Assembly: GCA_036513415.1 (NCBI GenBank)
Contig: DATBZA010000147.1
Coordinates: 2,452 to 66,451, forward strand
Origin: Myxococcales bacterium
Lineage (GTDB): Bacteria > Myxococcota > Myxococcia > Myxococcales > 40CM-4-68-19
DNA length: 64,000 nucleotides
Reading direction: 5' to 3'
A program made the position numbers and the translations under genes. Shown piece after piece: positions 1 to 9,451 of the stretch (position 1 is the stretch's first letter; each line of letters begins with the position of its first letter). The notes below the pieces were generated by a model. It searched no databases. It was not told where the DNA came from and saw nothing but the letters and a program-made list of their open reading frames with translations.

Positions 1-299
1 GCCAGATCGAACGGAAACGCCAGGTAGAGCAGCGTCGCCGGATGCAGCAGCCCCGACGTCACCTGCCCGAGGAGGGAGATTCCGCACTCCGTCAGCGGAT
101 CCCAGAAGGGCAGATGGCCGCCCCTGAGCTGCTGGGCGATGAAGAGCTTCACCGGGTAGTAGAGCCGCCCGGTGTCGCGGTAGTAGAGCTGCACCGCGGG
201 ATCGAGCGTCGGCGCGAAGAAGATCGCCAGCAGCGCGAGGCCGAGCAGGCACGGAGCGGCACGGCGGAGTCGGTCGCGCTCAATCACGATCGCGCCCAC
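1..299 (-). CDS. polytopic membrane protein, YfhO-like N-terminus (5' part only; gene runs off the left edge)
   Basis: Not in the ORF track because it is truncated. The reverse strand from GTG at 299 reads VGAIVIERDRLRRAAPCLLGLALLAIFFAPTLDPAVQLYYRDTGRLYYPVKLFIAQQLRGGHLPFWDPLTECGISLLGQVTSGLLHPATLLYLAFPFDL and is open to the window edge. Hydrophobic segments plus the YYRD...P.K......G..P.W(D/N)P pattern recall YfhO-type membrane proteins. Confidence 0.5.
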   Translation of the reverse strand, partial: MGAIVIERDRLRRAAPCLLGLALLAIFFAPTLDPAVQLYYRDTGRLYYPVKLFIAQQLRGGHLPFWDPLTECGISLLGQVTSGLLHPATLLYLAFPFDL

Positions 300-366
300 G
301 TTAGCCGCTCTCCCCCGCGCGCGCGAGAAGTTGCCCGCCCCAGGCGGGGCACGCTACAGGAACGGA

Positions 367-1305
367 ATGCAGGCGCCGGTGCGCGCGGATGCGCTGACCA
401 AGACTTATCGGGTGGGCTTCTGGGGCCGCCGCGTGCGTGCCGTCGAGGACCTGTCGTTCGAGGTGCGCGCCGGAGAGATCTTCGGCCTGCTGGGGCCCAA
501 TGGGGCGGGCAAGACCACCACCCTGAAGATGCTGCTGGGCTTCGTGAAGCCCACCTCCGGGCACGCCTGGATCTCGGGCAACCGGGTCGGCACCGTCTCC
601 TCGCGCCGCAGCCTTGGTTACCTTCCCGAGAACCCTGCCCTCTACGAGTTCCTGCGCGGGGACGAATACCTGATATTCGCGGGCCGCCTTGCCGGGCTCT
701 CGCGGGCCGAGGCGCGGAAATGGGCCGCGGAGCTGCTCGAGCGGGTGGGGCTGGTGGGCCGCGCCGACCGCCCGATCCGCAAGTTCTCCAAGGGCATGGT
801 GCAGCGTCTCGCGATCGCGCAGGCGCTGATCGGCGACCCCGGCATCGTCATCCTCGACGAGCCGATGAGCGGCCTGGATCCGATCGGTCGCAAGGACGTG
901 CGCGACCTGATCCTGCAGCTCCGCGAGGAAGGCCGCACGGTGCTCTTCTCCACGCACATCCTCCCCGACGTCGAGGCGATCTGCGACCGCGTCGGAATCC
1001 TCGTCGAGGGCAGGCTCACCGATTGCGGGGCGCTCGCGGACCTAGTCGCGCCGGGGGCGCGGGCGGTCGAGCTGGTGGTCGAGAACGTCGCGGCCGACCT
1101 GGTCGAGAAGCTCCGCCAGGACGGCGCCCGCGTGCTCCGGCGCGACCGGGCCACCGTACTGACGTTTCCCGACGAGGCGCGCGCGCGCGCAGCGCTCTCG
1201 GCGGCGGTATCGTCGGGCGCGACGGTGGTCTCGCTGACGCCGCACCGCCGGTCGCTGGAAGAGCTGTTCGTTTCCCGCGCCCGCGGGAAGGCGGCGACCT
1301 CTTAG
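367..1305 (+). CDS. ABC transporter ATP-binding protein (ABC-2 type; PilH-like by position only)
   Basis: Walker A GPNGAGKTT, signature FSKGMVQRL, Walker B IVILDEP, H-loop FSTHIL. ATG 367 (MQAPVRADALTKTYRV) is preferred over ATG 331. No permease gene is adjacent. Confidence 0.9.
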   Translation: MQAPVRADALTKTYRVGFWGRRVRAVEDLSFEVRAGEIFGLLGPNGAGKTTTLKMLLGFVKPTSGHAWISGNRVGTVSSRRSLGYLPENPALYEFLRGDEYLIFAGRLAGLSRAEARKWAAELLERVGLVGRADRPIRKFSKGMVQRLAIAQALIGDPGIVILDEPMSGLDPIGRKDVRDLILQLREEGRTVLFSTHILPDVEAICDRVGILVEGRLTDCGALADLVAPGARAVELVVENVAADLVEKLRQDGARVLRRDRATVLTFPDEARARAALSAAVSSGATVVSLTPHRRSLEELFVSRARGKAATS

Positions 1306-1316
1306 TGGGACAGTAG

Positions 1317-2177
1317 ATGCAGGATCTCGCCCGCGGCCTGCCGGTGGCGTTCACGCTCTGGGTCTTCGCCGTCGGCGCCGTGGTCGGCAGCTTCCTCAAC
1401 GTGGTGATCGCGCGGGTGCCGAAGGGGCGGAGCATCGTCTCGCCGGGAAGCCGGTGTCCGCGCTGCGGAAGCCCGATCGCCTGGTACGACAACATCCCGG
1501 TGCTCTCCTGGATCCTGCTCCGCGCGCGCTGCCGCAACTGCGGCCTCCCCATCAGCCCGCGCTATCCGCTGGTCGAGGTGTTGACCGGGGTGCTCGCCGT
1601 GGCCGTGGTCCAGAGGGTGGGTCCCAGCTGGACCGCGGTCGGGTACTTCGCCTTCGCCGCCACGCTGGTGGCGCTGGCATATATCGATCTCGACACCTGG
1701 CTGCTGCCTCACCAGATCACCTGGCCCCTGCTGGCGCTCGGCCTGGCTTCGCCGCTCTGGAATCGCGAGTTGACCTGGATCGAGTCCTTCATCGGAGCTG
1801 CCGCCGGTTTCGCGCTGTTCGCGGCCATCGCCCTCCTCGGCGAGAAGGTCCTCAAGCGCGACACGATGGGCTGGGGCGACGTGTGGCTCCTCGCCGCCAT
1901 CGGCGCCTGGCTCGGGTGGCCCGCGCTCCTGCCGGTCGTCCTGCTCTCGGCCGTCCAGGGGGCCGTCGTCGGCAGCGTCCTGCTGGCCCTGCGGCGCGAG
2001 CCCGACCGGGCGCCTCCGCCGGACCCGGTCACCCCCTCGAGCGACGACGACTGGGTGCCGCCGAAGCACGCGGTCCCCTACGGCCCCTTCCTCTCGCTCG
2101 CGGCGCTCGAGTACCTCTTCTTCGGCGATCGCCTCGTCACGGGGTGGAACCACTTGCTGTTCCGGCTGCTCTCGTGA
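1317..2177 (+). CDS. pilD: prepilin peptidase / type IV leader peptidase (A24 family)
   Basis: N-terminal CPRCG...CRNCG zinc-type motifs, a polytopic membrane body, and a catalytic GWGDVWLL (GxGD) motif. Stop overlaps the next start (GTGA). Confidence 0.92.
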   Translation: MQDLARGLPVAFTLWVFAVGAVVGSFLNVVIARVPKGRSIVSPGSRCPRCGSPIAWYDNIPVLSWILLRARCRNCGLPISPRYPLVEVLTGVLAVAVVQRVGPSWTAVGYFAFAATLVALAYIDLDTWLLPHQITWPLLALGLASPLWNRELTWIESFIGAAAGFALFAAIALLGEKVLKRDTMGWGDVWLLAAIGAWLGWPALLPVVLLSAVQGAVVGSVLLALRREPDRAPPPDPVTPSSDDDWVPPKHAVPYGPFLSLAALEYLFFGDRLVTGWNHLLFRLLS

Positions 2178-3493
2178 CGGGCGAGCGCGCCAGCCTGCGC
2201 CTGAGGCTCCTCGCCATCGTGGTGGCGGCGGCGATGGTCCCGATCGCACCGCTCACCATCGTGCTGCTGCTCCAGGTCCGCGACGCCCTCTACGCGCGCG
2301 GCATCGCCGACGCGCGCGCGCGTCTCGCCGACGTCCTCCAGCGGTGCTCCGGCGGCACCTGTCCCGACGCCGCGGGGGTGAGGAGGATCGACCGGCCGTG
2401 CACGGCCCGCAGCGAGCGGGTCGGCGAGCTGCTCGTGCTCTGCGAGGACGTTCCAGGAGGCGGCATCCAGCTCCGCCAGGATCTCCGGCCCATCCGCGAG
2501 CAGCTCGCCACGCTGGACCGCCGCATCCTCGCCGTGCTCGCCCTCTTCGTGGGCCTGCTGGTCGCGATCGCGGTGTGGCTGCTGGAGCGGGGGGTCGGGC
2601 GCAGGCTGGAGCGGATCGACGCGGCGCTGGAAGCGGTCGGGGCGGAGCAGCAGGGTCCGAATCTCTTGCCCGAAGGCGGCGACTCGGTCGGTCGCGTCGG
2701 GGCCGCGGTCAACCGGTTGGCGCAGCGGCTGCGAGACGAGCGCGGCAGGACGCGGTCGCAGATCGAGGCGCTCGAGGCGGCGAACCAGGAGCTGCGCGAA
2801 GCGCGGGAGGACCTGGCTCGCAGCGAGCGGCTCGCGAGCGTGGGACGCCTCGCCGCCGGCGTTGCTCACGAGGTGGGGAACCCGGTCTCCGCCCTGATCG
2901 GCTACGCCGCCCTGATGCGCGAGCGGATCGCCCAAGGGAAGGACGTCGCGGGCTACACCGAGCGGATCGAGCGCGAGGCGTCCCGCATCGACCGGATCCT
3001 CCGGGACCTGCTCGAGCTGGCGCGCCCTCCCGCCGCGCTGCAGGCCATCGATCTGCGCCGGGCGGTCGAGGTCGCGCGCGGCGCGGTGGCGCCGCAGCAT
3101 GCGAAGGTCGCCTTCGAGACGACCCTGCCGCCGGATCTGCCGCCGGTGCGGGGCGACGAGCACTACCTTTCGCAGGTGTTCGTGAATCTCATGACCAACG
3201 CCGCGCGCGCCGGAGCGTCGCGCGTGCGAGTGTCGGCGCGGGCGGCGGACGGCGGAGTCTGGGTGGAGGTGGAGGACGACGGGAAGGGCATTCCGGCGGA
3301 AGTGCTTCCGCGGCTGTTCGAACCGTTCTTCACCACCGCCGCGCCGGGGGAGGGCAGCGGGCTCGGTCTTGCCCTCTGTCACGCGACGATGGAGCGGTTC
3401 GGCGGGAGCATCGCGGCGCGGAACCGGGGCGGCGTCCGCGGCGCCGTCGTCGAGCTGCGGTTCGTCAGCGGATCTGCTCGGCCCGGAGCGTGA
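2174..3493 (+). CDS. sensor histidine kinase (PilS2-like by position)
   Basis: GTG 2174 is in frame within ORF 1454..3493. N-terminal TM (LLAIVVAAAMVPIAPLTIVLLL), a second TM plus HAMP-like segment, H-box GVAHEVGNP, and HATPase N/G boxes (NLMTNAARAG, DDGKGIP, GSGLGLA). Confidence 0.88.
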   Translation: MTGERASLRLRLLAIVVAAAMVPIAPLTIVLLLQVRDALYARGIADARARLADVLQRCSGGTCPDAAGVRRIDRPCTARSERVGELLVLCEDVPGGGIQLRQDLRPIREQLATLDRRILAVLALFVGLLVAIAVWLLERGVGRRLERIDAALEAVGAEQQGPNLLPEGGDSVGRVGAAVNRLAQRLRDERGRTRSQIEALEAANQELREAREDLARSERLASVGRLAAGVAHEVGNPVSALIGYAALMRERIAQGKDVAGYTERIEREASRIDRILRDLLELARPPAALQAIDLRRAVEVARGAVAPQHAKVAFETTLPPDLPPVRGDEHYLSQVFVNLMTNAARAGASRVRVSARAADGGVWVEVEDDGKGIPAEVLPRLFEPFFTTAAPGEGSGLGLALCHATMERFGGSIAARNRGGVRGAVVELRFVSGSARPGA

Positions 3494-4991
3494 TCGGATC
3501 GAGCACGAACGCCGGCCGGTCGGGAAAATGCGGCAGCAGCTCCGCGTTGCGCGCGCCCTTGTCGATCGCGCGCACCAGGTCGGCCTTCAGCAGATCTGGC
3601 TCGTTGTAGGTGAGGTCGGCGTTGCCGTCCCAACCGGGGGGATACCGGATGAACACCAGCGCGCGGCGCTGGCGCAGCCACTCGAAGGCGGGCTCCCAGC
3701 GGGCGTAGACCCAGCCGCGCTCCGCCGCGTGTCCCAGGACCAGGCGCAGCTCGCCGGCGATGTCCACCGCCGTCCACACCAAGGGAAGCGCGAGCAGGCA
3801 GCAGGCGGCGAGCGCGAGCGGCCGCCGCAGGCGCAGCGCCCCGCGCACCGCCATCTCCGCGCCGGCCGCGGCGGAGAGCGCGAGCCAGGGATAGAGCTCG
3901 AGGTGGTAGATGGCCCCGCCGTAGTGAAAGGTCAGCGACGCGGCGAAGAACGCGAGCGCGAACACCGACGACGCCCACAGCGGCGTCCAGAACAGCCCGG
4001 CCACGGCGAACGGGACCACCGGCCAGGCCGGGGCGAGGTCGGCCACGATGCGCAGCCGCCGCAGCGTCTCGGCCGGCAACCGCCGCCAGGTGTGCTTGCG
4101 GCGCTTCTCCAGGAATCCGTCGTAGAGCACACCGAGATGCGCCGGGAACTCGCGCTCGGCGCGCACTTCGCGGACGGGGCCGATCCCCGGTCCGTCGAAG
4201 GGCGTGTACTGGCGGGCGTAGAGCGCCCAGGGCGGCGTCGTCCAGGAGCCCGTCGCCGCCTTGCAGACGATCCCCATCCCGATCGCGCCGGCCAGGAGCG
4301 GCGGCAGCGCCCAGGCGAGCGTTCGCACCGGGACGCGACGGCGTAACCGCACCAGGACCGCCGCGCCGGTGACCAGCGCGGCGAGCCCGGTGAATGGCCG
4401 CACCAGCCCCGCGAAGACCACGCAGCAAAAGAGCGCGGCGACCCGGCCCGCGGACGGCTTCCGCTCCAGGGCAAGCGCGGCGACGAGCAGCGCGGCAACC
4501 ACCGCCACCGACGTGCTCTGGGACAGGTAGCTGGCGAAGAAGGGAAAGACGTCGGTGGCGCCCAGCAGCAGGACCGGCGCCAGCAGGGAACCGGCCCGCG
4601 TCAGGCCCGCGAGGCGCGCCGCCGCGAAGAGCAGCGCAGCGGTGGCGCCGAGCAGGAGACAGGGCGCGAGCCAGGGCGCCCCCAGGGCCTCGAACGGCGC
4701 GAGCACCGCGGCGTGCCCCGGGAGGTACTTCGCCGCGAACCGCGGGGTGACCAGGATGTGCGCCGCCTCGAAGAACTCCGGCAAGGGCGGAGCAGGGTAC
4801 GTGAGATGCCCGGACGCCAGGGTCTTCGCCTGGAACAGGTAGACGAACTCGTCTTCTGTGTTGGGCCGGGCACCCCACTTGCCGCTGGCGAACGTCTGCA
4901 TGCAAAGCAACGTTCCAGCCAGCAGGAGCAACGCGGCGCAGAGCGCGTCGACGCGCCCGGGGGGCGGCGCGCCGCCTACAGCGACCTGCAT
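3465..4991 (-). CDS. GT-C fold membrane glycosyltransferase (family 39 / ArnT-PMT-like)
   Basis: Internal ATG (MQVAVGG) of ORF 3465..5081. About 10 or more hydrophobic helices. An acidic first-loop motif NTEDEFVYLFQAKTLASGHL is typical of polyprenyl-phosphate-sugar-dependent GT-C enzymes. Confidence 0.7.
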   Translation of the reverse strand: MQVAVGGAPPPGRVDALCAALLLLAGTLLCMQTFASGKWGARPNTEDEFVYLFQAKTLASGHLTYPAPPLPEFFEAAHILVTPRFAAKYLPGHAAVLAPFEALGAPWLAPCLLLGATAALLFAAARLAGLTRAGSLLAPVLLLGATDVFPFFASYLSQSTSVAVVAALLVAALALERKPSAGRVAALFCCVVFAGLVRPFTGLAALVTGAAVLVRLRRRVPVRTLAWALPPLLAGAIGMGIVCKAATGSWTTPPWALYARQYTPFDGPGIGPVREVRAEREFPAHLGVLYDGFLEKRRKHTWRRLPAETLRRLRIVADLAPAWPVVPFAVAGLFWTPLWASSVFALAFFAASLTFHYGGAIYHLELYPWLALSAAAGAEMAVRGALRLRRPLALAACCLLALPLVWTAVDIAGELRLVLGHAAERGWVYARWEPAFEWLRQRRALVFIRYPPGWDGNADLTYNEPDLLKADLVRAIDKGARNAELLPHFPDRPAFVLDPITLRAEQIR

Positions 4992-5047
4992 TCGAGCACC
5001 TCCCGCTTTCTTGCCCAGGTCGCCAAGCGAACCGTACAGTCCAGCGC

Positions 5048-6229
5048 ATGCGAGTCGCCGCGCAACTGGAGCCCGCGGCAATCGAGCTCACCGTCCTCAT
5101 GCCTTGCCTGGACGAGGCGAGGACCGTAGGCACCTGCGTGGGCAAGGCGATCGAGGCCTGCCGCGCGGCCGGCGTCGACGCGGAAGTGCTCGTCGCCGAC
5201 AACGGCTCGCAGGACGGCTCGCCCGAGTTGGCCCGCGCTGCGGGCGCGCGCGTCATCCACGTCGCGGAAAAAGGCTACGGCGCCGCCCTGCGCGCGGGGA
5301 TCGAGGCCGCCCGCGGCCGATTCATCGTGATGGGAGACGCCGACGACAGCTATGAGTTCGAGGACGTCCCGCGCTTCCTCGCCCGCCTGCGCGCGGGCGA
5401 CGAGCTGGTGATGGGCTCGCGGTTCCGCGGAACCATCCACCCGGGCGCGATGCCCTTCCTCCACCGGTTCCTCGGCAACCCGGTCCTCACCTGGATCCTC
5501 AACCTGTTCTTCGGCGCCGGCATCACCGACGCCCACTGTGGCATGCGCGGTTTTTCCCGCGCCGCCGTCCGCTCGCTCTCCCTGCGCAGCGCCGGGATGG
5601 AGTTCGCCAGCGAGATGGTGATCCGCGCCGCCCAGGAGAAGCTGCGCATCGGCGAGGTGCCCACCAGCCTGAAGCCCGACGGCCGCGGCCGGAGGTCCCA
5701 CCTGCGAACCTGGCGGGACGGCTGGCGCCATCTCCGCTTCATGCTCCTCTTCAGCCCGCTCTGGCTGTTCTCCGTTCCGGGGCTCGCCGCGACCGGACTG
5801 GGCCTCGTGCTCACGGTCGCCGTCGCCGTGACGCGCGTCGAGCTGTTCGGGCGCGTGCTTCACACCCACTTCGCTCTCCTGGGCAGCGCTCTCGCCATCC
5901 TCGGCCTCCAAGTTACGCTGCTCGGGGTCTTCGCCAAGACCGTGTTCGTCCTGGACGGCGTCGGACGCAATGCCGCGATCCAGCGGCTGATCGCGGGATA
6001 CCGGCTGGAGCTGGCGCTCCTGTTCGGCGCCGCCGCGGTCTTCGCAGGGCTCTGCATCGACGGGCGCATTCTCTGGCTCTGGCTCCGCTCGAACGGTGGC
6101 GCGCTCGACGAGGCGATCACCAACCTCGCCATCATGGGCGGAACGTTGCTCGCTCTCGGCGTCGAGGTCATCTTTTCCGCCTTCTTCCTCAGCATCCTCA
6201 AGGCCTCGCGCGAGCGGCGGTGGGCATAG
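5048..6229 (+). CDS. glycosyltransferase family 2 with C-terminal TM domain (polyprenyl-phosphate glycosyltransferase-like)
   Basis: LTVLMPCLDE, VADNGSQDGS and MGDADDSYEF (DXD) motifs. The C-terminal ~170 aa carry about 4 TM helices, as in GtrB/ArnC/DPM1-like enzymes. Confidence 0.85.
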   Translation: MRVAAQLEPAAIELTVLMPCLDEARTVGTCVGKAIEACRAAGVDAEVLVADNGSQDGSPELARAAGARVIHVAEKGYGAALRAGIEAARGRFIVMGDADDSYEFEDVPRFLARLRAGDELVMGSRFRGTIHPGAMPFLHRFLGNPVLTWILNLFFGAGITDAHCGMRGFSRAAVRSLSLRSAGMEFASEMVIRAAQEKLRIGEVPTSLKPDGRGRRSHLRTWRDGWRHLRFMLLFSPLWLFSVPGLAATGLGLVLTVAVAVTRVELFGRVLHTHFALLGSALAILGLQVTLLGVFAKTVFVLDGVGRNAAIQRLIAGYRLELALLFGAAAVFAGLCIDGRILWLWLRSNGGALDEAITNLAIMGGTLLALGVEVIFSAFFLSILKASRERRWA

Positions 6230-7891
6230 ATGGGTGAGCAGCAAGCGGGCGCACTTCCTGCCCGCACAGGTACATGGATGCGGTTCCCGATCAGCGCCGC
6301 GCTCGTCACGGCGATCTCGGGAATCGCCCTCGGAGGCCTCTCGCTGGTGCTGGCCCAGCCGCTCCCTTCGGGAGGGCCGGTCGCGCCGCACATCTTCGAG
6401 TACCTGTTCTTCCGCAACGAGCCGCAGGCCGCCTGGCTGGCCATCGCGGTGGTGCTCGGGAGCGCCGCCCTTGCCCGCTGGGGACGCGTGCCGCGATCCG
6501 TGGTCTCGCGGCTGGCGGCGGATCCGCGCGCCTTCGTCGCCGGCGTGACGCTGATCCTCGCCGCCGCGGCGCTCCTCGTCTACCGCGCGCACCCGCTCTC
6601 GATGGACGAGTACGCCCCGCTGTTCCAGGCCCGCGTGTTCGCGCGCGGCCGGCTCACGGGCCAGGTCCCTCCCGACCTGGTGCCGAGGCTCGTTCCTCCC
6701 TTCCGCTGGTTCATCGAAGCGGCACCGTCGGGAGCGATGCTGTCCGCGTACTGGCCCGGGTTCGCGCTCCTCCTCACGCCGTTCGTCTGGATCGGTTGCC
6801 CCTGGCTCCTCAATCCGCTCTTGGGAGGAGCGACGCTGCTGCTGGCCTGGCGTCTTGCCGGACGCCTCTGGCCGGGCACGAGCGCGGCGGGCTGGGCGGT
6901 GCTCTTCACCGCGGCGTCGCCGGCCTTCTCGGTCAACGCGATCTCGTTCTACTCGATGGCCGCGCACCTGGCGGCGTCGCTCTGCTTCGCCGCCCTCGTG
7001 ATCGAGGAGCGGCTCTTTCTCGCGGGCCTGGTCGGCTCTCTCGCCGTCGCGCTCCACAACCCGCTGCCGCACACGCTCTTCGCGCTACCCTGGATCATCT
7101 GGCTGGCGTGGCGGCCTGGGCGCCTCAGGAACCTCCTGGTATTGGCTCTGGGCTACATGCCCGGGGTCATCGTGCTGCTCGGCGGCTGGATATGGTGCCG
7201 CGCCCGCGTCACCCATCCGGTGGAGACGCGGGGCGGGGTCTTCGAAGGCCTGCTGGTGCTCGGCCGCAGCGTTTTCGCCGCGCCGTCGCTCGATCTCCTG
7301 CTCGCGCGGACGATGAACGTTGCCGAGCTTGCGTCCTGGGCGGTGCCCCTCCTGGTCCCGCTCGCGGTCCTCGGTTTCGTCCGCTGCCGGGCCGACGTTC
7401 GGGTGCGGCTGCTCGCGCTCTCCTCTCTCTTGACGCTCGCCGGCTACGCGTTCGTCGTCTATGATCAGGGACATGGATGGGGCTTCCGCTATTTCCACGC
7501 CGCGTGGGGAGCCCTGCCTTTGCTCGCGGCCGGCGGCCTGGAAAGCGCGGAGACCACGCCAACCTTGCGCAAGCTGGCCCTCGCCGCCGCCCTCTTTGGC
7601 CTGGTGCTCTGCACGCCGCTGCGGTTCCGGCAGGTGCGGACGTTCATCGACGCGCACCTGGCACAGGTCCCTCCGACGGCGGGAGGAGGCCGGCAGACGG
7701 TGGTGTTCATCGACGTGGGTCGCGGCTCCTACACCATGGACCTGGTGCAGAACGATCCTTTCCTCGAGGGGGACCGGTGGATGCTGATCAGCTTCGGTGA
7801 GCTGGCGGACCGGAGCTTCATGCGCGCCTTCTTCCCCAGCGCGAGGCGAACGGCCGCAGGCGCGTACGGCTCCGTCTGGCAGGTCGATTGA
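6230..7891 (+). CDS. GT-C-like polytopic membrane protein (paralog of 3465..4991)
   Basis: 553 aa and multi-TM. First-loop motif PLSMDEYAPLFQARVFARGRL parallels NTEDEFVYLFQAKTLASGHL in the other GT-C protein. Start abuts the GT2 stop. Confidence 0.65.
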   Translation: MGEQQAGALPARTGTWMRFPISAALVTAISGIALGGLSLVLAQPLPSGGPVAPHIFEYLFFRNEPQAAWLAIAVVLGSAALARWGRVPRSVVSRLAADPRAFVAGVTLILAAAALLVYRAHPLSMDEYAPLFQARVFARGRLTGQVPPDLVPRLVPPFRWFIEAAPSGAMLSAYWPGFALLLTPFVWIGCPWLLNPLLGGATLLLAWRLAGRLWPGTSAAGWAVLFTAASPAFSVNAISFYSMAAHLAASLCFAALVIEERLFLAGLVGSLAVALHNPLPHTLFALPWIIWLAWRPGRLRNLLVLALGYMPGVIVLLGGWIWCRARVTHPVETRGGVFEGLLVLGRSVFAAPSLDLLLARTMNVAELASWAVPLLVPLAVLGFVRCRADVRVRLLALSSLLTLAGYAFVVYDQGHGWGFRYFHAAWGALPLLAAGGLESAETTPTLRKLALAAALFGLVLCTPLRFRQVRTFIDAHLAQVPPTAGGGRQTVVFIDVGRGSYTMDLVQNDPFLEGDRWMLISFGELADRSFMRAFFPSARRTAAGAYGSVWQVD

Positions 7892-8526
7892 TGGCGATCG
7901 GTCCGGCCGTCCGCCGCCTACTCGGCCCGCTCGAGCCCAAAGTCGCGCGCCTCTATCGCGACGCGTTCTTCGACGTGGGCGCTTTCGCGCGCGCGGTGCG
8001 GTCGTGGACCGACGCGGCGCGGATCCTCGAAGTGGGTTGCGGGGACGGTCTCGCCACCGAGGAGCTCCGGCGCGTGTTTCCGCAGGCGGAGATCACCGGG
8101 ATCGACATCCAGCCCGCGCCAGGCAAGCTCTTCCGGGGCGATCGCGCCGGGGTCACGTTCCTCAGCGGCCACCTGGGCGATTTCGTGGAGCGCAACCGGG
8201 GCAGGTTCGATCTGGTGGTGATCTGCGACGTCGTGCACCACGTTGCACCCACGGAGCGCGCGGACTTGCTGCGCAGTGCCGGCCGGGCCCTGCGCGAGGG
8301 AGGAGGCCTGGCGCTCAAGGAATGGGAGCGGCTTCCCAACCTGGCGCACCTGGGCGCATGGATCTCCGACCGGTTCATCACGGGCGCGCAGGTCCGATTC
8401 GAGACCGCGCCGGCGCTCCGCCAGCTCGCGATCGAGGCGCTGGGGGACAGCCCGGTCGAGCGCGAGGTCCGGTTTCCGCCCTGGCGGAACAACCTGGGGC
8501 TCTTCATCCGCCCGCGCCGCCGTTGA
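7888..8526 (+). CDS. class I SAM-dependent methyltransferase
   Basis: Motif I ILEVGCGDGLAT and a post-I acidic residue. 4-bp overlap with the upstream gene. Confidence 0.8.
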   Translation: MMAIGPAVRRLLGPLEPKVARLYRDAFFDVGAFARAVRSWTDAARILEVGCGDGLATEELRRVFPQAEITGIDIQPAPGKLFRGDRAGVTFLSGHLGDFVERNRGRFDLVVICDVVHHVAPTERADLLRSAGRALREGGGLALKEWERLPNLAHLGAWISDRFITGAQVRFETAPALRQLAIEALGDSPVEREVRFPPWRNNLGLFIRPRRR

Positions 8527-9448
8527 GGTGCGCGCCCCGAAGATGCAGGCGAGCGCGGATGCGCTCGACGATGCGCGAATCACGGACGTAGCGCGCACAG
8601 CCCACCGGTCCCAACCGGGCCAGCGCTCCGACTACCGGCGGCCAGCGCACCGCCGTGCCGCTGGCGGCTGCCGCCAGCGCCAGATTCAACTCGAGGGAAA
8701 AGCGTGCCGCCCGCCGGGCCGCCACTGGCGCAGCCCCACCATGCCGGTCGAGCACCGCTTCGAGCTGCCGCCGGCGATCGGCGAGGTCGGTCCGGACCAC
8801 GGTCTGGGATCCGGCATGGACGCGAAACCCGGCGAGCGGGGAGTCGAAGTACCGGATTGCGCCTGCGCGTCCCAGCCGGAGCCAGAAGTCCCAGTCGGCC
8901 GTGTACCAGAGCGACTCGTCCATGGCGCCCGCGCGCAGGGCGGCTTCCCGGGCGAACACCGGGGCGGGAGCGGCGATGAAGTTCTGCACGATCAGGCGTT
9001 CGGCGAACAGGGCCGGATCCACCTCGCCCGCAGGCAGCGGGCACCGCCAGGGTCCGAGGCGATTTCCACCTGGCCCGACGTAGAGCGCGGGGTGCAGGAC
9101 CAGGGCAGGCCCGAACGCGGCTTCCCGCTGGATCGCGGCCAGCCGACCGGGAAACCAGAGGTCGTCCTGGTGCAGGAAGCAGGCGTACTTGCCGCGGGCC
9201 TCGCGCAGGCCGGCGTTGGTCGCCGCCACCCAGTTGCCGCCGCGGTCGCGCGCGATGCGCCGCAAGGGCAGCAACCGCTCCCACGCGCGCAGGATCTCCG
9301 GGCTCCCGTCGGACGAGCCGTCGTCGACCGCGATGACTTCGTAACCGTCGGTGCCCTCGCGCCGTACGCTCTCCAGCGCCTCCGGAAGGTAGCGCTCGCC
9401 GTTCCACACCGGCATCACGATCGAGAGCCACGGCTCGCGTGCGGCCAT
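8504..9448 (-). CDS. glycosyltransferase family 2
   Basis: LSIVMPVWNGERYL, IAVDDGSSDGS and HQDD motifs. Soluble GT-A type. Confidence 0.85.
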   Translation of the reverse strand: MAAREPWLSIVMPVWNGERYLPEALESVRREGTDGYEVIAVDDGSSDGSPEILRAWERLLPLRRIARDRGGNWVAATNAGLREARGKYACFLHQDDLWFPGRLAAIQREAAFGPALVLHPALYVGPGGNRLGPWRCPLPAGEVDPALFAERLIVQNFIAAPAPVFAREAALRAGAMDESLWYTADWDFWLRLGRAGAIRYFDSPLAGFRVHAGSQTVVRTDLADRRRQLEAVLDRHGGAAPVAARRAARFSLELNLALAAAASGTAVRWPPVVGALARLGPVGCARYVRDSRIVERIRARLHLRGAHLNGGAGG

Positions 9449-9451
9449 CCT

